Part shown: piece by piece, positions 23,960-36,500 of the stretch
Layout of the letters: each line of letters opens with the position of its first letter
Numbering within the stretch: the first letter of the stretch is position 1
Assembly: GCA_020184695.1 (NCBI GenBank)
Contig: JAANOX010000276.1
Coordinates: forward strand, 124,001 to 188,000
From: Histomonas meleagridis 2922-C6/04-290x
Taxonomy: Eukaryota > Protista > Parabasalia
Length of the DNA: 64,000 bases
Reading direction: 5' to 3'
The notes under the pieces: model-generated
The model's database searches: none
The model's input: only the letters and a program-made list of their open reading frames with translations
What the model was told of the DNA's origin: nothing
Position numbers and translations under genes: made by a program

Positions 23960-24190
23960 ATTTCTTGGTTTTCAATTTTTTGATTAATTAACTTAAATTT
24001 AACAATTTCTATATGACCATTTTGAGATGCATAAATAAGTGCTGTTTTAAATTATTTTAATAATTTTCAAATATTTTTTAAAAATATAAAATTACTAAAA
24101 TAAATTTCAAATAAATATCTTTTTCATTAATATCAATTCCTTTTTGTTCAAGAAGTAAATGAACTATTTCTTTATTACCTTTTTTAATGC
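23960..24190 (-). pseudogene. Ankyrin-repeat fragment with a 59-nt interruption
   Basis: GNKEIVHLLLEQKGIDINEKDI / KTALIYASQNGHIEIVK; no upstream DUF3447 part found. Confidence 0.6.
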
Positions 24191-24773
24191 TTCGATTTTT
24201 AGTAAACTCTTTCATTACCACATGAAATCCTAAAAATATGGCAAGCATGTATGCAAAAAAATGGAAGCAGATTTTTTAAAAAGTGGCCACAAAAAACTCT
24301 ATCGGAGTGGTTATTACATAATCACAAAAGTTGTTTTTCTTATATAATATTTCTTTAATTGATAATGTTGTAAATTTTTTACATGCAATAATTTGCGAAC
24401 TGATCTATATGTATGACAAGACAAAATCAATATATATGTATATTATACAAAATACAAATAGAATAACAGGAAAACAACAAATAAAATTGGTTTTTATAAT
24501 TTTTTCTACAAAGGAAAACTTTACAACAGAAATTGAACTTCGTTTTCTGAAGCAGAAAATGAGTCATATGTTATTAAATTTAACTTTTATAAAATTGTGA
24601 TGGATCTCATTAATTTCTTTTTCTTCTGGCAGATGATGTAACTTATTAAGTTATTATTAAATATGAAACGTCTTTGGAACGCTTGTAGATTATCATTATA
24701 ATTGATACTATAAAACAGCAAATTATCCAAAGTCACGTTTTCATGAACTATTTTGGTCGACATTTTTTACAGG

Positions 24774-27700
24774 TCACTTTATAACATTATTTTTACATGT
24801 TCTTCCATGAGTATATTTATTCAAAAGTAAAATATTACGATGTATTTTGTGAATTTGATGACTTTCAGTAGTTTGTGTGCTGATGTTAACTTTTGTTTTG
24901 AAATTTTCCTTTTTATTGTCTTCTTTATACACTTGAATTTCAAGTTGGCTTTGTTCATCTGTAAAACTACTTTCAGTATTTATCGAAAGCCAAGAAGTAG
25001 CATTCAGAGAAGAAGATTCTGAATTAGAATTTTCTTTTGTACCTTTTTCACGAAGTAAATTTTCTATTATGTTATAACCTTTTTGTTGTGCGATTTGAAT
25101 TGCTGTATAAAATTACGAAAATAAATTATAAGTTATTAAAACATATTCCAAATTATTAAAACATATCCAAAATTATTCAAATAAAAATTTTTTTTAACAT
25201 CAATTCCTTCTTTATCTAAAAGTAATTTTACTATTTCTATATTATTATTTCTAACTGCTATATGAAGTGCTGTCTCAAATTATTAAAACATATATAAAAT
25301 TATTAAAGCATATTCCAAATTATTCAAATGAATAGTTTTTGCATTAACATCAATTCCTTTATCTAAAAGTAATTTTACTATTTCTATATTTTTATTTTTA
25401 ACTGCTATATGAAGTGCTGTCTCAAATTATTAAAACATATTCTAAACTATTAGAACATATTATAAATTATTAAAACATATTTTAAATTATTAAAACATAT
25501 TCCAAATTATTAAAACATTTATCAAATTATTAAAACATATATCAAATTATTAAAACATATCCTAAATTATTAAAACATGTTTCAAATTATTAAAACATAT
25601 ATTAAATTATTCAAATGAATAGTTTTTGCATTAACATCAATTCCTTTATCTAAAAGTAATTTTACTATTTCTATATTTTTATTTCTAACTGCTATATGAA
25701 GTGCTGTCTCAAATTATTAAAACATATTCTAAACTATTAGAACATATTATAAATTATTAAAACATATTTTAAATTATTAAAACATGTTTCAAATTATTAA
25801 AACATTTATCAAATTATTAAAACATATATTAAATTATTCAAATGAATATATTTTGCATTAACATCAATTCCTTTATCTAAAAGTAATTTTACTATTTCTA
25901 TATTTTTATTTCTAACTGCTATATGAAGTGCTGTCTCAAATTATTAAAACATATTCTAAACTATTAGAACATATTATAAATTATTAAAACATATTTTAAA
26001 TTATTAAAACATGTTTCAAATTATTAAAACATATTCCAAATTATTAAAACATATAAAAAATTATTAAAACATATTACAAATTATTAAAACATATTTTAAA
26101 TTATTCAAATGAATATATTTTGCATTAACATCAATTCCTTCTTTATCTAAAAGTAATTTTACTATTTCTATATTATTATTTCTAACTGCTATATGAAGTG
26201 CTGTCTCAAATTATTAAAACATATATAAAATTATTAAAGCATATTCCAAATTATTCAAATGAATAGTTTTTGCATTAACATCAATTCCTTTATCTAAAAG
26301 TAATTTTACTATTTCTATATTTTTATTTTTAACTGCTATATGAAGTGCTGTCTCAAATTATTAAAACATATTCTAAACTATTAGAACATATTATAAATTA
26401 TTAAAACATATTTTAAATTATTAAAACATATTTTAAATTATTAAAACATATTCCAAATTATTAAAACATATTTTAAATTATTAAAACATGTTTCAAATTA
26501 TTAAAACATATATTAAATTATTCAAATGAATATATTTTGCATTAACATCAATTCCTTCTTTATCTAAAAGTAATTTTACTATTTCTATATTTTTATTTCT
26601 AACTGCTATATGAAGTGCTGTTTCAAATTATTAAAACATATTCTAAACTATTAGAACATATTATAAATTATTAAAACATATTATAAATTATTAAAACATG
26701 TTTCAAATTATTAAAACATTTATCAAATTATTAAAACATATTTCAAATTATTCAAATGAATATATTTTGCATTAACATCAATTCCTTCTTTATCTAAAAG
26801 TAATTTTACTATTTCTATATTTTTATTTCTAACTGCTATATGAAGTGCTGTTTCAAATTATTAAAACATATTCTAAACTATTAGAACATATTATAAATTA
26901 TTAAAACATATTATAAATTATTAAAACATATTTTAAATTATTAAAACATATTTTAAATTATTAAAACATGTTTCAAATTATTAAAACATTTATCAAATTA
27001 TTAAAACATATTTCAAATTATTCAAATGAATAGTTTTTGCATTAACATCAATTCCTTCTTTATCTAAAAGTAATTTTACTATTTCTATATTTTTATTTCT
27101 AACTGCTATATGAAGTGCTGTTTCAAATTATTAAAACATATTACAAATTATTAAAACATATTCCAAATTATTAAAACATATTCCAAATTATTAAAACATA
27201 TATCAAATTACTAAAACATATATCAAATTATTAAAACATATCCTAAATTATTCAAATGAATAGTTTTTGCATTAACATCAATTCCTTTTCGCTCTAAAAC
27301 ATATTTCACAAGTTCAACGTTTCTTGATTTTGAAGCAAATGGCAAAATATCTTTTGGAATTTGATTATTTTGAAGGAAATATTTAACAAGATACAAATTT
27401 CCATTTCTTGCTGATGCATTTATATCATCAACATTAACATTCATACCTTTTTCTTCTAAAAATGATAAAATTTCATAATTATCTTTTTTAATACAAAAAC
27501 ATATTAAATCATTTGAATTATATTTAGACATTTGGAATTGATTGCGTTTTTTCTAATTTATTTTCATAGATATATTTAAATATATCATTTTGATGGAATT
27601 CAATTGCTGTTTCATATGCACCTTCAAATGACGAATTATTTTGCTGACATAAATGAACTATTTCTATATTTCCACCTGCAACAGCATATTTACCTGTGTT

Positions 27701-28492
27701 TTCTAATTTAGCACCATTCATAAGTAAATATTTAAAACATTTAACTGATCCAAAAAATGCTGCATAATCAATTAATGTAACATTTTCTTTATTAATGAAT
27801 GAACATCTTTCATAAAGTGATGGCTCAATTTTTTGATCGAAATTAAATATATTTTGTGATGATATTTCTTGAAGTTTTTCGATTTCATCATTTCGAATTA
27901 TTTTTGCAATTTCATTCGGATTATGTCCTTCTTTAATTAATTTCTTATGAAGCTCCCAATCATTCTTTGATAATTTTTCATAATTTATGAAAAGAATATC
28001 TTCAAAGCCATATTGGCTTCTATTAGTTTGTTTTTTGTTTTCTTCTTCTGTTTTACAATGCGCAAAATATAATGATTGAATTTTTTTGGTGATATTTAAA
28101 TCAATTAAATTTTGTTCAATCATTTGTGCTATCACATAATAAGATTCTTGTGTACTGATTCCAGAAATATACTTAATAAAAATCGAAATTAGATTACCGA
28201 TATTTTGATTAATTTCATCATCTTCTTTTTGAAGTGTTTTTACAAAATTTAAGTAGATATCAAATGTATTTCTTTGTGATGAAAATGAATTAAATACTAA
28301 TTTGCATGCAATAATATTAAATGTGTTGGGAAGATTTGAATCGAATATTTTCACTGTGTCTTGAACCGTTGCCAGAAAATTTTCTTGGGTTAAACCGAAT
28401 ATAAGCCTTTCAAGTTCAATCAATTTTGAGATAGATAGGATTGAATGTTTGGGATTATTATAATTTGGCGTTTTACCGCAATCATCATGCAT
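24774..28492 (-). CDS. DUF3447 + ankyrin-repeat protein with 10 interrupted ankyrin repeats and an open C-terminal tail
   Basis: ORFs 27524-28492 and 27223-27531 are separated by a frameshift at an A6 run. Repeated exon-like units ETALHIAVRNKNIEIVKLLLDK(E)GIDVNAK follow. The final segment YTAIQIAQQKGYNNIENLLREKG...KNNVIK* ends at 24774. Confidence 0.7.
25106..27260. repeat. Nested 20-nt tandem repeat (aaattattaaaacatatt-type) inside each ankyrin interruption
   Basis: Copy number per interruption is 2-9, giving interruption lengths of 8+20n nt. Confidence 0.95.
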
Positions 28493-29689
28493 CTTAAATT
28501 ATGTACATCGGTTAATTCAGAATTATATCTGAAATCTTTTCTCACATCACAATTCATACTACAAACACAAAAGTGCTACTATTTGCGAAAAGAATAAGGG
28601 TCGGTTTTGATCGGTATGCATTGTAAAACGATGTTCTAAATATAACATCAATTGGGATATCATTGTTAGTTTTTGGTGGAGTATTTGTCACACCATTATT
28701 AATTTGTGCTAAAAAATTGTTGTATCAAATTGTGGAACACGATACGGTATAATTGGATGGTTTTTGATCGTATTATCATTCCAGGTTTGAATACAACCGC
28801 TTGGGTGACGATACGGGTTTATTGAATGATTTTGTAATTTACGATTGGTTCTAACAAAATGAATGACATACGAGACTGATAGCTAACAGCCATATCAAAA
28901 TTAGTATGTTTAATTCAATAATGACACCAAAAAATTGACAAATTTAATCATTTCGTCATTATTAATTTTGAATAATGCTACTCAAAAATTTATAGGTCAA
29001 CCCATAGATCATAAATTACATTATTACTTGTAATTATAATAATCAAAATTGGAGGAATTAAAACATTCCCCGATAGTTTTAAACAGATGTATTTGAAAAA
29101 AGTCGATCATTTTTATCTCAAAAATCACATAAACTATTGAATTCAAAATCAATATTGAAATATAATGAAACAATGTTTTTAAATATTACATATCTAGATA
29201 TGTTATATACTCATATTATATTAAAACTTTTTATTAAGGAAATGTCGTCAGGCTTGCACCACTAACGTTTTTTGACTATGCATAGCTGTTTGCACCCTAA
29301 TTAGCTTATCAACATGGAGCATCCCTTTGCTTATGTGGAAAAGAAATGAAAGAAATTTCAAAAGTATATAAATGCATGACAAAATAAATACAACCTTGAT
29401 ATAAAAATGTTCATAACCAAAAAGAAGGCCTGAAAACAAATAATCTTATGAAATAATTTGATTGACGTATTGGTGTTCATAGCTATTTCTAGGATAGTTA
29501 AAAAATAATAAAAATAAAATATTTTGTTTCTTCTAAATCAAAGGAAAAAATCAGAAACACATTCCTTAACAAATTAGTTTTTGTTTATTAATTTTTAACT
29601 TAAACATTATTTTAAAAAGTATTTTTATCACCAAAAATATCATTAAAATTATTTTTTACTTGAGAAGGAAATACATCGGCAAGCAAAAC

Positions 29690-31414
29690 TCAATAAAAAC
29701 CAATTACATCTTTCATTTTTTCTGCTTGTTCCTTTGTCCACACCTTGAAAGGGTGGGCCTCTGTATTAAACACGTATTCAGCCGTTGGTATCAATTCCGA
29801 CGAGCTAAAAATCAAATACAAATATTTGAAAGTTTCTGCCAAGAAATAAGAATCCATAGTATCGCCATGACTTGGGTTTGGCGAATCGACACCAAACACA
29901 TTTGTGTAACCATTTTCGACCCTGCAAGATTTCTCGATGCTCTTATATATTTCCCACGCATAATCTCTATACTTTTGTAGCCCAGTGAATCTATACAACA
30001 CAAATAATGATTCAACTGTTTCAGGTCTTAATAAATATTCTGATTTACATGAATGAACGCCTCCTTTCCCATCAAAAGATACGCATTCAGGCATCAAACC
30101 AGAAGGTTGCATAGTGTATAACTTATAATATGTTGTCGCTAATTCATCAGCGATTTTCATATGTTCCGCAATCTTCGGATTCTTTTTAACTGCGCCAATC
30201 GCTAACATTCCTGCTACAAATGTAACAAGATGTGTTATTGAGTTACGTTTCGTTTCGCCCTGTAATCGTGCAACCCATGTATGCTTACCATCAGTGGTTA
30301 AAAGTTTATTCTCGATATCTTTGGTGGTCAAAAGATATTTGTCTAAGAATTTGGTTTGCGTTCCATTTGTCAACAAATAAAGTTTGATAAGATATTCATA
30401 AAACGAATCAGATGAACAATCAATGCCTTTGTAACTACTTCGTGAACTACCATCACGTACCCCAAGCATTTCAGGATAGAGACCTTGGTTCGGATATTTG
30501 CCGAAAATGGTCTTATAAATACGATTTGCAACTTCGGCATATTTCCGATTTCCGGTGTGCATCGAAAGTGTATAGAACTCGAGTTGTATCGTTCCAACAT
30601 CAGCTAAATAATTGGAGTCGCCGCCATGAGGTGAGCCCTGATACTTATCACCATTGCGATGGATTGACACTAAGTTGCTAAAAAGCCCAGTTTGAGGATT
30701 AAATACTGGTAATAAGGCATCGGCTAATTGGGTCACCTTATCGAGAAACATTTTATCACCTGTTAGTTCGTATGCACTAATGAGACCGCCAATATGTCGA
30801 ATGTTGATCTCAAAAACTGAGTATGAACCTGACATGGAAAAACTATTGGCAACCCAATCTCGAGCTTGCTTAAATTCATCATCAAGCCCCATGATTAAAA
30901 GAGTGTCAAGGGAATCTGTAATGGATAAACCGCCACTGTATACATTTTGGCCGCGTTTGGAATTTGGTTTTAGAAAATCATAGCCCCACGCATAATTCTT
31001 ATAGCTGTTCCAGGCAAATAAGAAGGAGTCACGAACAGCTTTTTGCTTTTCAACATCAGCTGTAAGTTTAGGGAAATCATGAACATAAAGTTGATTATGA
31101 AGATGGTTTTTTTGATCACTATCTTGTTTGTTGTTAATTTCCTGTTTAACTTCTGTCTTTTGATTGACTTGTGAGTCTTGTTGGTTTTGCTTATTTTCGG
31201 TGTCTGGTTTAATTTCTGTGTCTTGTTTGGTTTCGATTTGATCTCTTTGCGGGGTGTTTGCTGTAGAAGTTTGACTTACTTCAGTAATACTTTTGACCGG
31301 TATTGATTGTTTCGAAAAATAAAAAAATAAACCAGTACAAATGGCCACGAGGTATATAACAGTAAAGAGTGTTAAGAAGGGAAGATGCTGTGGCGTCCGA
31401 TTTCTTTGAAGCAT
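29690..31414 (-). CDS. Glycoside hydrolase family 47 alpha-1,2-mannosidase (type II membrane)
   Basis: AWNSYKNYAWGYD, TDSLDTL, SVFEINIRHIGGLISAY, QLEF, DSFYEYLIK, YLLRPETVESLF, SYFLAETFKYLYL, FNTEAHP. Confidence 0.95.
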   Translation of the reverse strand: MLQRNRTPQHLPFLTLFTVIYLVAICTGLFFYFSKQSIPVKSITEVSQTSTANTPQRDQIETKQDTEIKPDTENKQNQQDSQVNQKTEVKQEINNKQDSDQKNHLHNQLYVHDFPKLTADVEKQKAVRDSFLFAWNSYKNYAWGYDFLKPNSKRGQNVYSGGLSITDSLDTLLIMGLDDEFKQARDWVANSFSMSGSYSVFEINIRHIGGLISAYELTGDKMFLDKVTQLADALLPVFNPQTGLFSNLVSIHRNGDKYQGSPHGGDSNYLADVGTIQLEFYTLSMHTGNRKYAEVANRIYKTIFGKYPNQGLYPEMLGVRDGSSRSSYKGIDCSSDSFYEYLIKLYLLTNGTQTKFLDKYLLTTKDIENKLLTTDGKHTWVARLQGETKRNSITHLVTFVAGMLAIGAVKKNPKIAEHMKIADELATTYYKLYTMQPSGLMPECVSFDGKGGVHSCKSEYLLRPETVESLFVLYRFTGLQKYRDYAWEIYKSIEKSCRVENGYTNVFGVDSPNPSHGDTMDSYFLAETFKYLYLIFSSSELIPTAEYVFNTEAHPFKVWTKEQAEKMKDVIGFY

Positions 31415-32461
31415 ATGCAGGTGAAGTGATAATTCAGAATTTTACACGGTTGGCTGGTGGCCTTTTTTGTGATATTTAGTAAATCATTTAAGTGTGAGTA
31501 AACTTTTCAAATTTTTGGGCAAAACAGGTTTGAATACAAATAAAATTACAACCTAGAATCAAGATGACTCATCATTAAAACATATTTTAATTTATGTTGT
31601 TATATAACAATACTCGGATTTAGTGTACCCGCACTTTTGCCGATAGTGTACACTGCAGCAAACGGAAGAAAAAATAAAAGAAGCAAAATAAATGCATTTC
31701 GTGATCAATTTGGAGGAGGCTTATCTAATTCATGTAAATCCGTTGTATAAATTCATTTATAATGTATTATTATAATTCGTTCTCCATGGCAAACACATAA
31801 TCAATTTCAATTCACTAATACTGTTATTTTTTCACAGACGATACATAACCACGGAAACCGTTTATCTGGGCTCTGAAATGCACATGTGCGCCATCGGCAT
31901 TGAAAAATTGAATTAAATTTAATTGTGGTAACACAATTACCTCCAAAGTTCAGAGGTCAGATAATTGTCCAAACATAACTTTTTTATTATAATAACTTTT
32001 TTTTAGGCGGTGGAAGATTTTTTAAAAACGATAGGTACACGAACCATTTTAATGTACACCCTATATATTGTTGTGAATCATTTACAAAAAGAAAGTTTAA
32101 TGACCATCATTAATTGAATTTTATAATATCTTTAATCTTATATTGATTGCATTTCGCCAACAACCATTTTAGCAATTTTAACATTATTTTTTTCATCAGC
32201 ACTCATAAGTGCTGCTTCAAATAATTTAAAAAATTTCTAAATAAAATAATCATTATGTAATATCATTTAGCATATCAATTCTCATAACATTAGCTGCAAA
32301 AAATCGTTTAAATTCAACAATGCTCGGCTCTAGGACAATTGTTCTTCTTGAGGATTTTCATTTTTCTTCAAGTTTTCAAATAAATTTATTCCTTTCTAAT
32401 CTCACTTTGCAGTGTATCGGTCAATTCCTTGAGTGAAAATTTGACAATGTTTGTTTCGATG

Positions 32462-32509
32462 TGACGGTTATTGCGGTTTAATAACAAAAAAGCGGTTTGG
32501 CCATCCTTT
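32462..32509 (+). promoter_or_regulatory. Trichomonas-type core promoter: three M3-like motifs and an M5 (CCTTT) element
   Basis: GACGGTTA, TGCGGTTT and AGCGGTTT, followed by CCTTT (32505-32509) 5 nt before the RPS23 ATG. These match the M3 (DRCSGYTD) and M5 motifs described for T. vaginalis. Confidence 0.65.
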
Positions 32510-32514
32510 CAAAA

Positions 32515-32949
32515 ATGGGTAAATCCAAGGCTTGTGGTCGCCAAGCTGCTCGTAAGCTCCGTGTTGCACACAGAAACAACCTATGGGCAAGCAAAAAATA
32601 TCGCAAGAGGCAAAGCACAACAATCTACAAGACACCATTAGAAGGTGTTGCTATGGCCTCAGGTATTGTTACCCAAAAAGTTGCTGTTGAAGCTAAGCAA
32701 CCAAACTCTGCTATTCGTAAAGCTGTTCGTGTTCAACTCAAAAAGAATAGCAAAGTTATCACTGCATTTGTACCACGTGATGGTTCCCTTCGTTTGATTG
32801 ATGATAACGATCGTGTGCTTGTTGCTGGTCTTGGTCGTTCCAATCGTTCTGTTGGTGATCTTCCTGGAGTTCGTTTCCAAGTTATCAAAGTTGCAGGCTT
32901 CTCCCTTCTTGCCTTGTGGCTCGGTAAGAAGGAAAAACCAAGGAGCTAA
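32515..32949 (+). CDS. RPS23: 40S ribosomal protein S23 (uS12)
   Basis: MGKSKACG...[32 protein letters not shown]...[14 protein letters not shown]...KEKPRS; ATG at 32515. Confidence 0.98.
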   Translation: MGKSKACGRQAARKLRVAHRNNLWASKKYRKRQSTTIYKTPLEGVAMASGIVTQKVAVEAKQPNSAIRKAVRVQLKKNSKVITAFVPRDGSLRLIDDNDRVLVAGLGRSNRSVGDLPGVRFQVIKVAGFSLLALWLGKKEKPRS

Positions 32950-33577
32950 ATTTGATTCATAAGTTATCGTTTTGAGATTTGTAAATCATGAAGCCTCATT
33001 ATATTTCATTTTATTTGATTTTTTTCATTCTTTTGATTCTTCTGTAGGAGTGTTTATTCAGGAAAACTTGGAATTCTAAATATTATGACAAATCTAAATT
33101 TTGGATTATTTGTTGTAATGATTCTTAGGAGGAAATAGATGCTATTTCAGAGACAAATCTGGGTATTTCTATCCAATAATTATGTGCTTTCCACCCATTT
33201 GATACAATCAAACCGACTTCTGATGCCAGTTTCGATCATATGATCATATCCTGCATCACATTATTCGATTTGAATCGGTGTTTGAATGAATTGAATATTC
33301 AAATTGCGCTTTGATGAAACAAAAAATGCTACACTTCCACTTGTTAGCAACCAAGAAGAATGCACCCAGGTTGAACTTGCTGAATATCTTGCTGGATGGT
33401 CTGGTGATAAAAATCAACCTTATGTTCTTGTTTATGATGAAGCTTATTATTCATCAGGAATATTCACATATTGACAAAATGGTGATGACGTTTTCCCGAT
33501 ATTACGAAGATAAAAATGCTGGAATCGTATACACTACCAAAATAGATATCAAAAAAGCTCTTTATTGTATTAATTCT

Positions 33578-36500
33578 CTATGATATATATCTTTTCATAT
33601 TACCATTATAAAATGCTTTCATAATTGCAATTCTAAATGTGAAATAATTTCAAAATATTATTTTATTACCCAATATTATGAAAACAAATATGAAATAAAG
33701 TAAGTAAATTTCTTTTTCATTAATATCAATTCCTTCTTGTTTAAGAAGTAATTTAACTATTTCTGTATATCCTTTTGCAGATGCCCAAATAAGTGCTGTA
33801 TAAAATATTTTAATTAATTTCCAAATATTATTTTGAAATATCAAATTATTAAAATAAATTTTAGATAAAACAAATAAATATTTTTAGCATTAATATCAAT
33901 TCCTTCTTGTTCAAGAAGTAATTTAACTATTTCTATATGACCATTTTCAGATGCCAAAATAAGTGCTGTACTAATTAATTTAAACAATTTCCAAATATTA
34001 TTTTGAAATATCAAATTATTAAAATAAATTTTAGATAAAACAAATAAATATTTTTAGCATTAACATCAATTCCTTCTTGTTCAAGAAGTAATTCAACTAT
34101 TTCTGTATATCCTTTTACAGATGCTATCATAAGTGCTGTTTTAAATAATATAAATAATTTCCAAATATTATTTTGAAATATTAAATTATTATAATAAATA
34201 ATATATTCAGCATTAATATCAATTCCTTCTTGTTCAAGAAGCAATTTAACTATTTCTGTATAACCGTATTCTGATGCATACATAAGTGCTGTTTTAAATA
34301 TTTTAAATAATTTTTGAATATTATTTTTTTATATCAAATTATCAAAATAAATATAAAATATAACAAATAAATATTTTTAGCATTAACATCAATTCCTTCT
34401 TGTTCAAGAAGCAATTTAGCTATTTCTGTATAACCATAATAAGATGCTAAAATAAGTGCTGTTTTAAATAATTTAAATAATTTCCAAATATTATTTTGAA
34501 ATATAAAATTATTAAAATAAATTTTAGATAAAACAAATAAATATTTTTAGCATTAATATCAATTCCTTTATGTTCAAGAAGTAATTCAACTATTTCTATA
34601 TAACCGTATTCTGATGCATAAATAAGTGCTGTATCAAATAATTTTAATAATTTTCAAATATTATTTTCAAATATAAAATTATTAAAACAAATATAAAATA
34701 TAACAAATGAGTATCTTTAGCATTAATATTAATTCCTTCTTGTTCAAGAAGTAATTCAACTATTTCTATATAACCATTTGAAGATGCTAAAATAAGTGCT
34801 GTTTTAAATAATTTAAATAATTTCCAAATGTTATTTTGTAATCCGAAATTATTAAAATGAATCTTAAGCAAAACTAATAAATATTTTTAGCATTAATATT
34901 AATTCCTTCTTGTTTAAGAAGTAATTCAACTATTTCTGTGTGACCGTATTCTGATGCATAAATAAGAGCAGTTCTAAACATTTAAAATAATTCCTGATTA
35001 TTATATTGAAATAAATCGGAAATATATATAACAACAATATCACTTTTTTCTTTTTCAATCATTAATTTGATGATTTCTATATTTCCATTTTTTGATGCCA
35101 ACCAAAGTTCTGTTTCAAACATTTTAAATAATTTCCTAATATCATATTGAAATATAAAATTCTCATAAATCCTAAATAAAATAAATAAATATCTTTAGCA
35201 ATAATATCAATTCCATTTTTCTCAAGAAGTAATTTAGCTATTTTTGTATATCCCTTTTCAAGAGCGATTATAAGAGCTGTATTAAATAATTTGAATAATT
35301 ACCAAAAATTATTCTGAAATATCAAATTTTTAAAATAAATTTCAAATAAAACAAATAAATATCTTTAGCAATAATATCAATTCCTTCTTGTTCCAGGAGT
35401 AATTTAACTATTTTTGTATGACCATTTTCAGATGCTAAAATAAGTGCTGTTTTAAATAATTTTAATAATTACCAAATACTATTTTGGAACATTATAATAT
35501 TGAAAGTAATCCAAAATAAAACATCTGAATAGTTTTAGCATTAATATCAATTCTTTTAATTTCAAGAATTAATTGTATGGTTTCTATATTACCATCGGAA
35601 GATGCTTGAAGGAGTGACTCTTCTAATTTATTAGATAAATATTAAATAAATTATTGAAATCAGAAAATCTTTATAATCTTTATCAATTCCTTTTTGCTTA
35701 AGAAGTAAGTTGAATATTTCTGCATGCCTATTTTTAAATGCAAAATCAAGTGCTGTATTTTGATAAATATTATAAATAACAAATATTATCAATAATTTCT
35801 AAATATCATTTTGAAATCCAGTTTTATTAAAACAAATATATTCAGCATTAACATCAATTCCTTCTTGTTCAAGAAGCAATTTAACTATTTCTGTATGACC
35901 ATTTTCAGATGCATACATAAGTGCTGTTTTAAATATTTTAAATAATTTTTGAATATTATTTTATTATATCAAATTATCAAAATAAATATAAAATAAAACA
36001 AATGAGTATCTTGAGCATTAACATCAATTCCTTCTTGTTCAAGAAGCAATTTAGCTATTTCTGTATGACCATTTTCAGATGCATAAATCAGCGGATCAAA
36101 TAATTTGAATAATTTCCAAAAATTATTCTTATATATTAAATGTTTGAAATAAATTATTAATAAATCAAATTAATATAATCAATATTCGTACATATACATT
36201 TTTGATCAAGAATTATTTTAACAAGTTCAGCGTGGTCATTTTTATATCCATAAATAAATTCTATCAAAAATATTTCGAATGATTTCCAAATATTTTCATT
36301 AAATCCAAAAATATTTATGAAATATCTATAACAAATAAATAAATATTTTTAATATTGGGATGATTTCTTTTATAATCAAGAAGTAATTTAATTGTTTCTT
36401 GATGATTATTTTCATATGCATACATAATTGCTGTTTTAAATAATTTGTATAACTTCCAAAAATTAATTTCATATTTCAAATTATTTATATAAAAATTATA

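Noticed and set aside
25200-27260. Regular repeat/spacer look resembling a CRISPR array
   Set aside because: The conserved units encode ankyrin repeats, the 'spacers' are themselves tandem 20-mers, the context is eukaryotic and there are no cas genes.
33060-33570. Somewhat GC-richer stretch with ORF 33311-33583
   Set aside because: All frames are interrupted and no family is recognisable; possibly a decayed gene but unsupported.
33780-34900. Canonical GT...AG splicing using GTTTT and the AG of ACAG|CA
   Set aside because: That pairing leaves the product out of frame, removes the conserved Thr, lacks a branch motif, and GT is absent in many copies.
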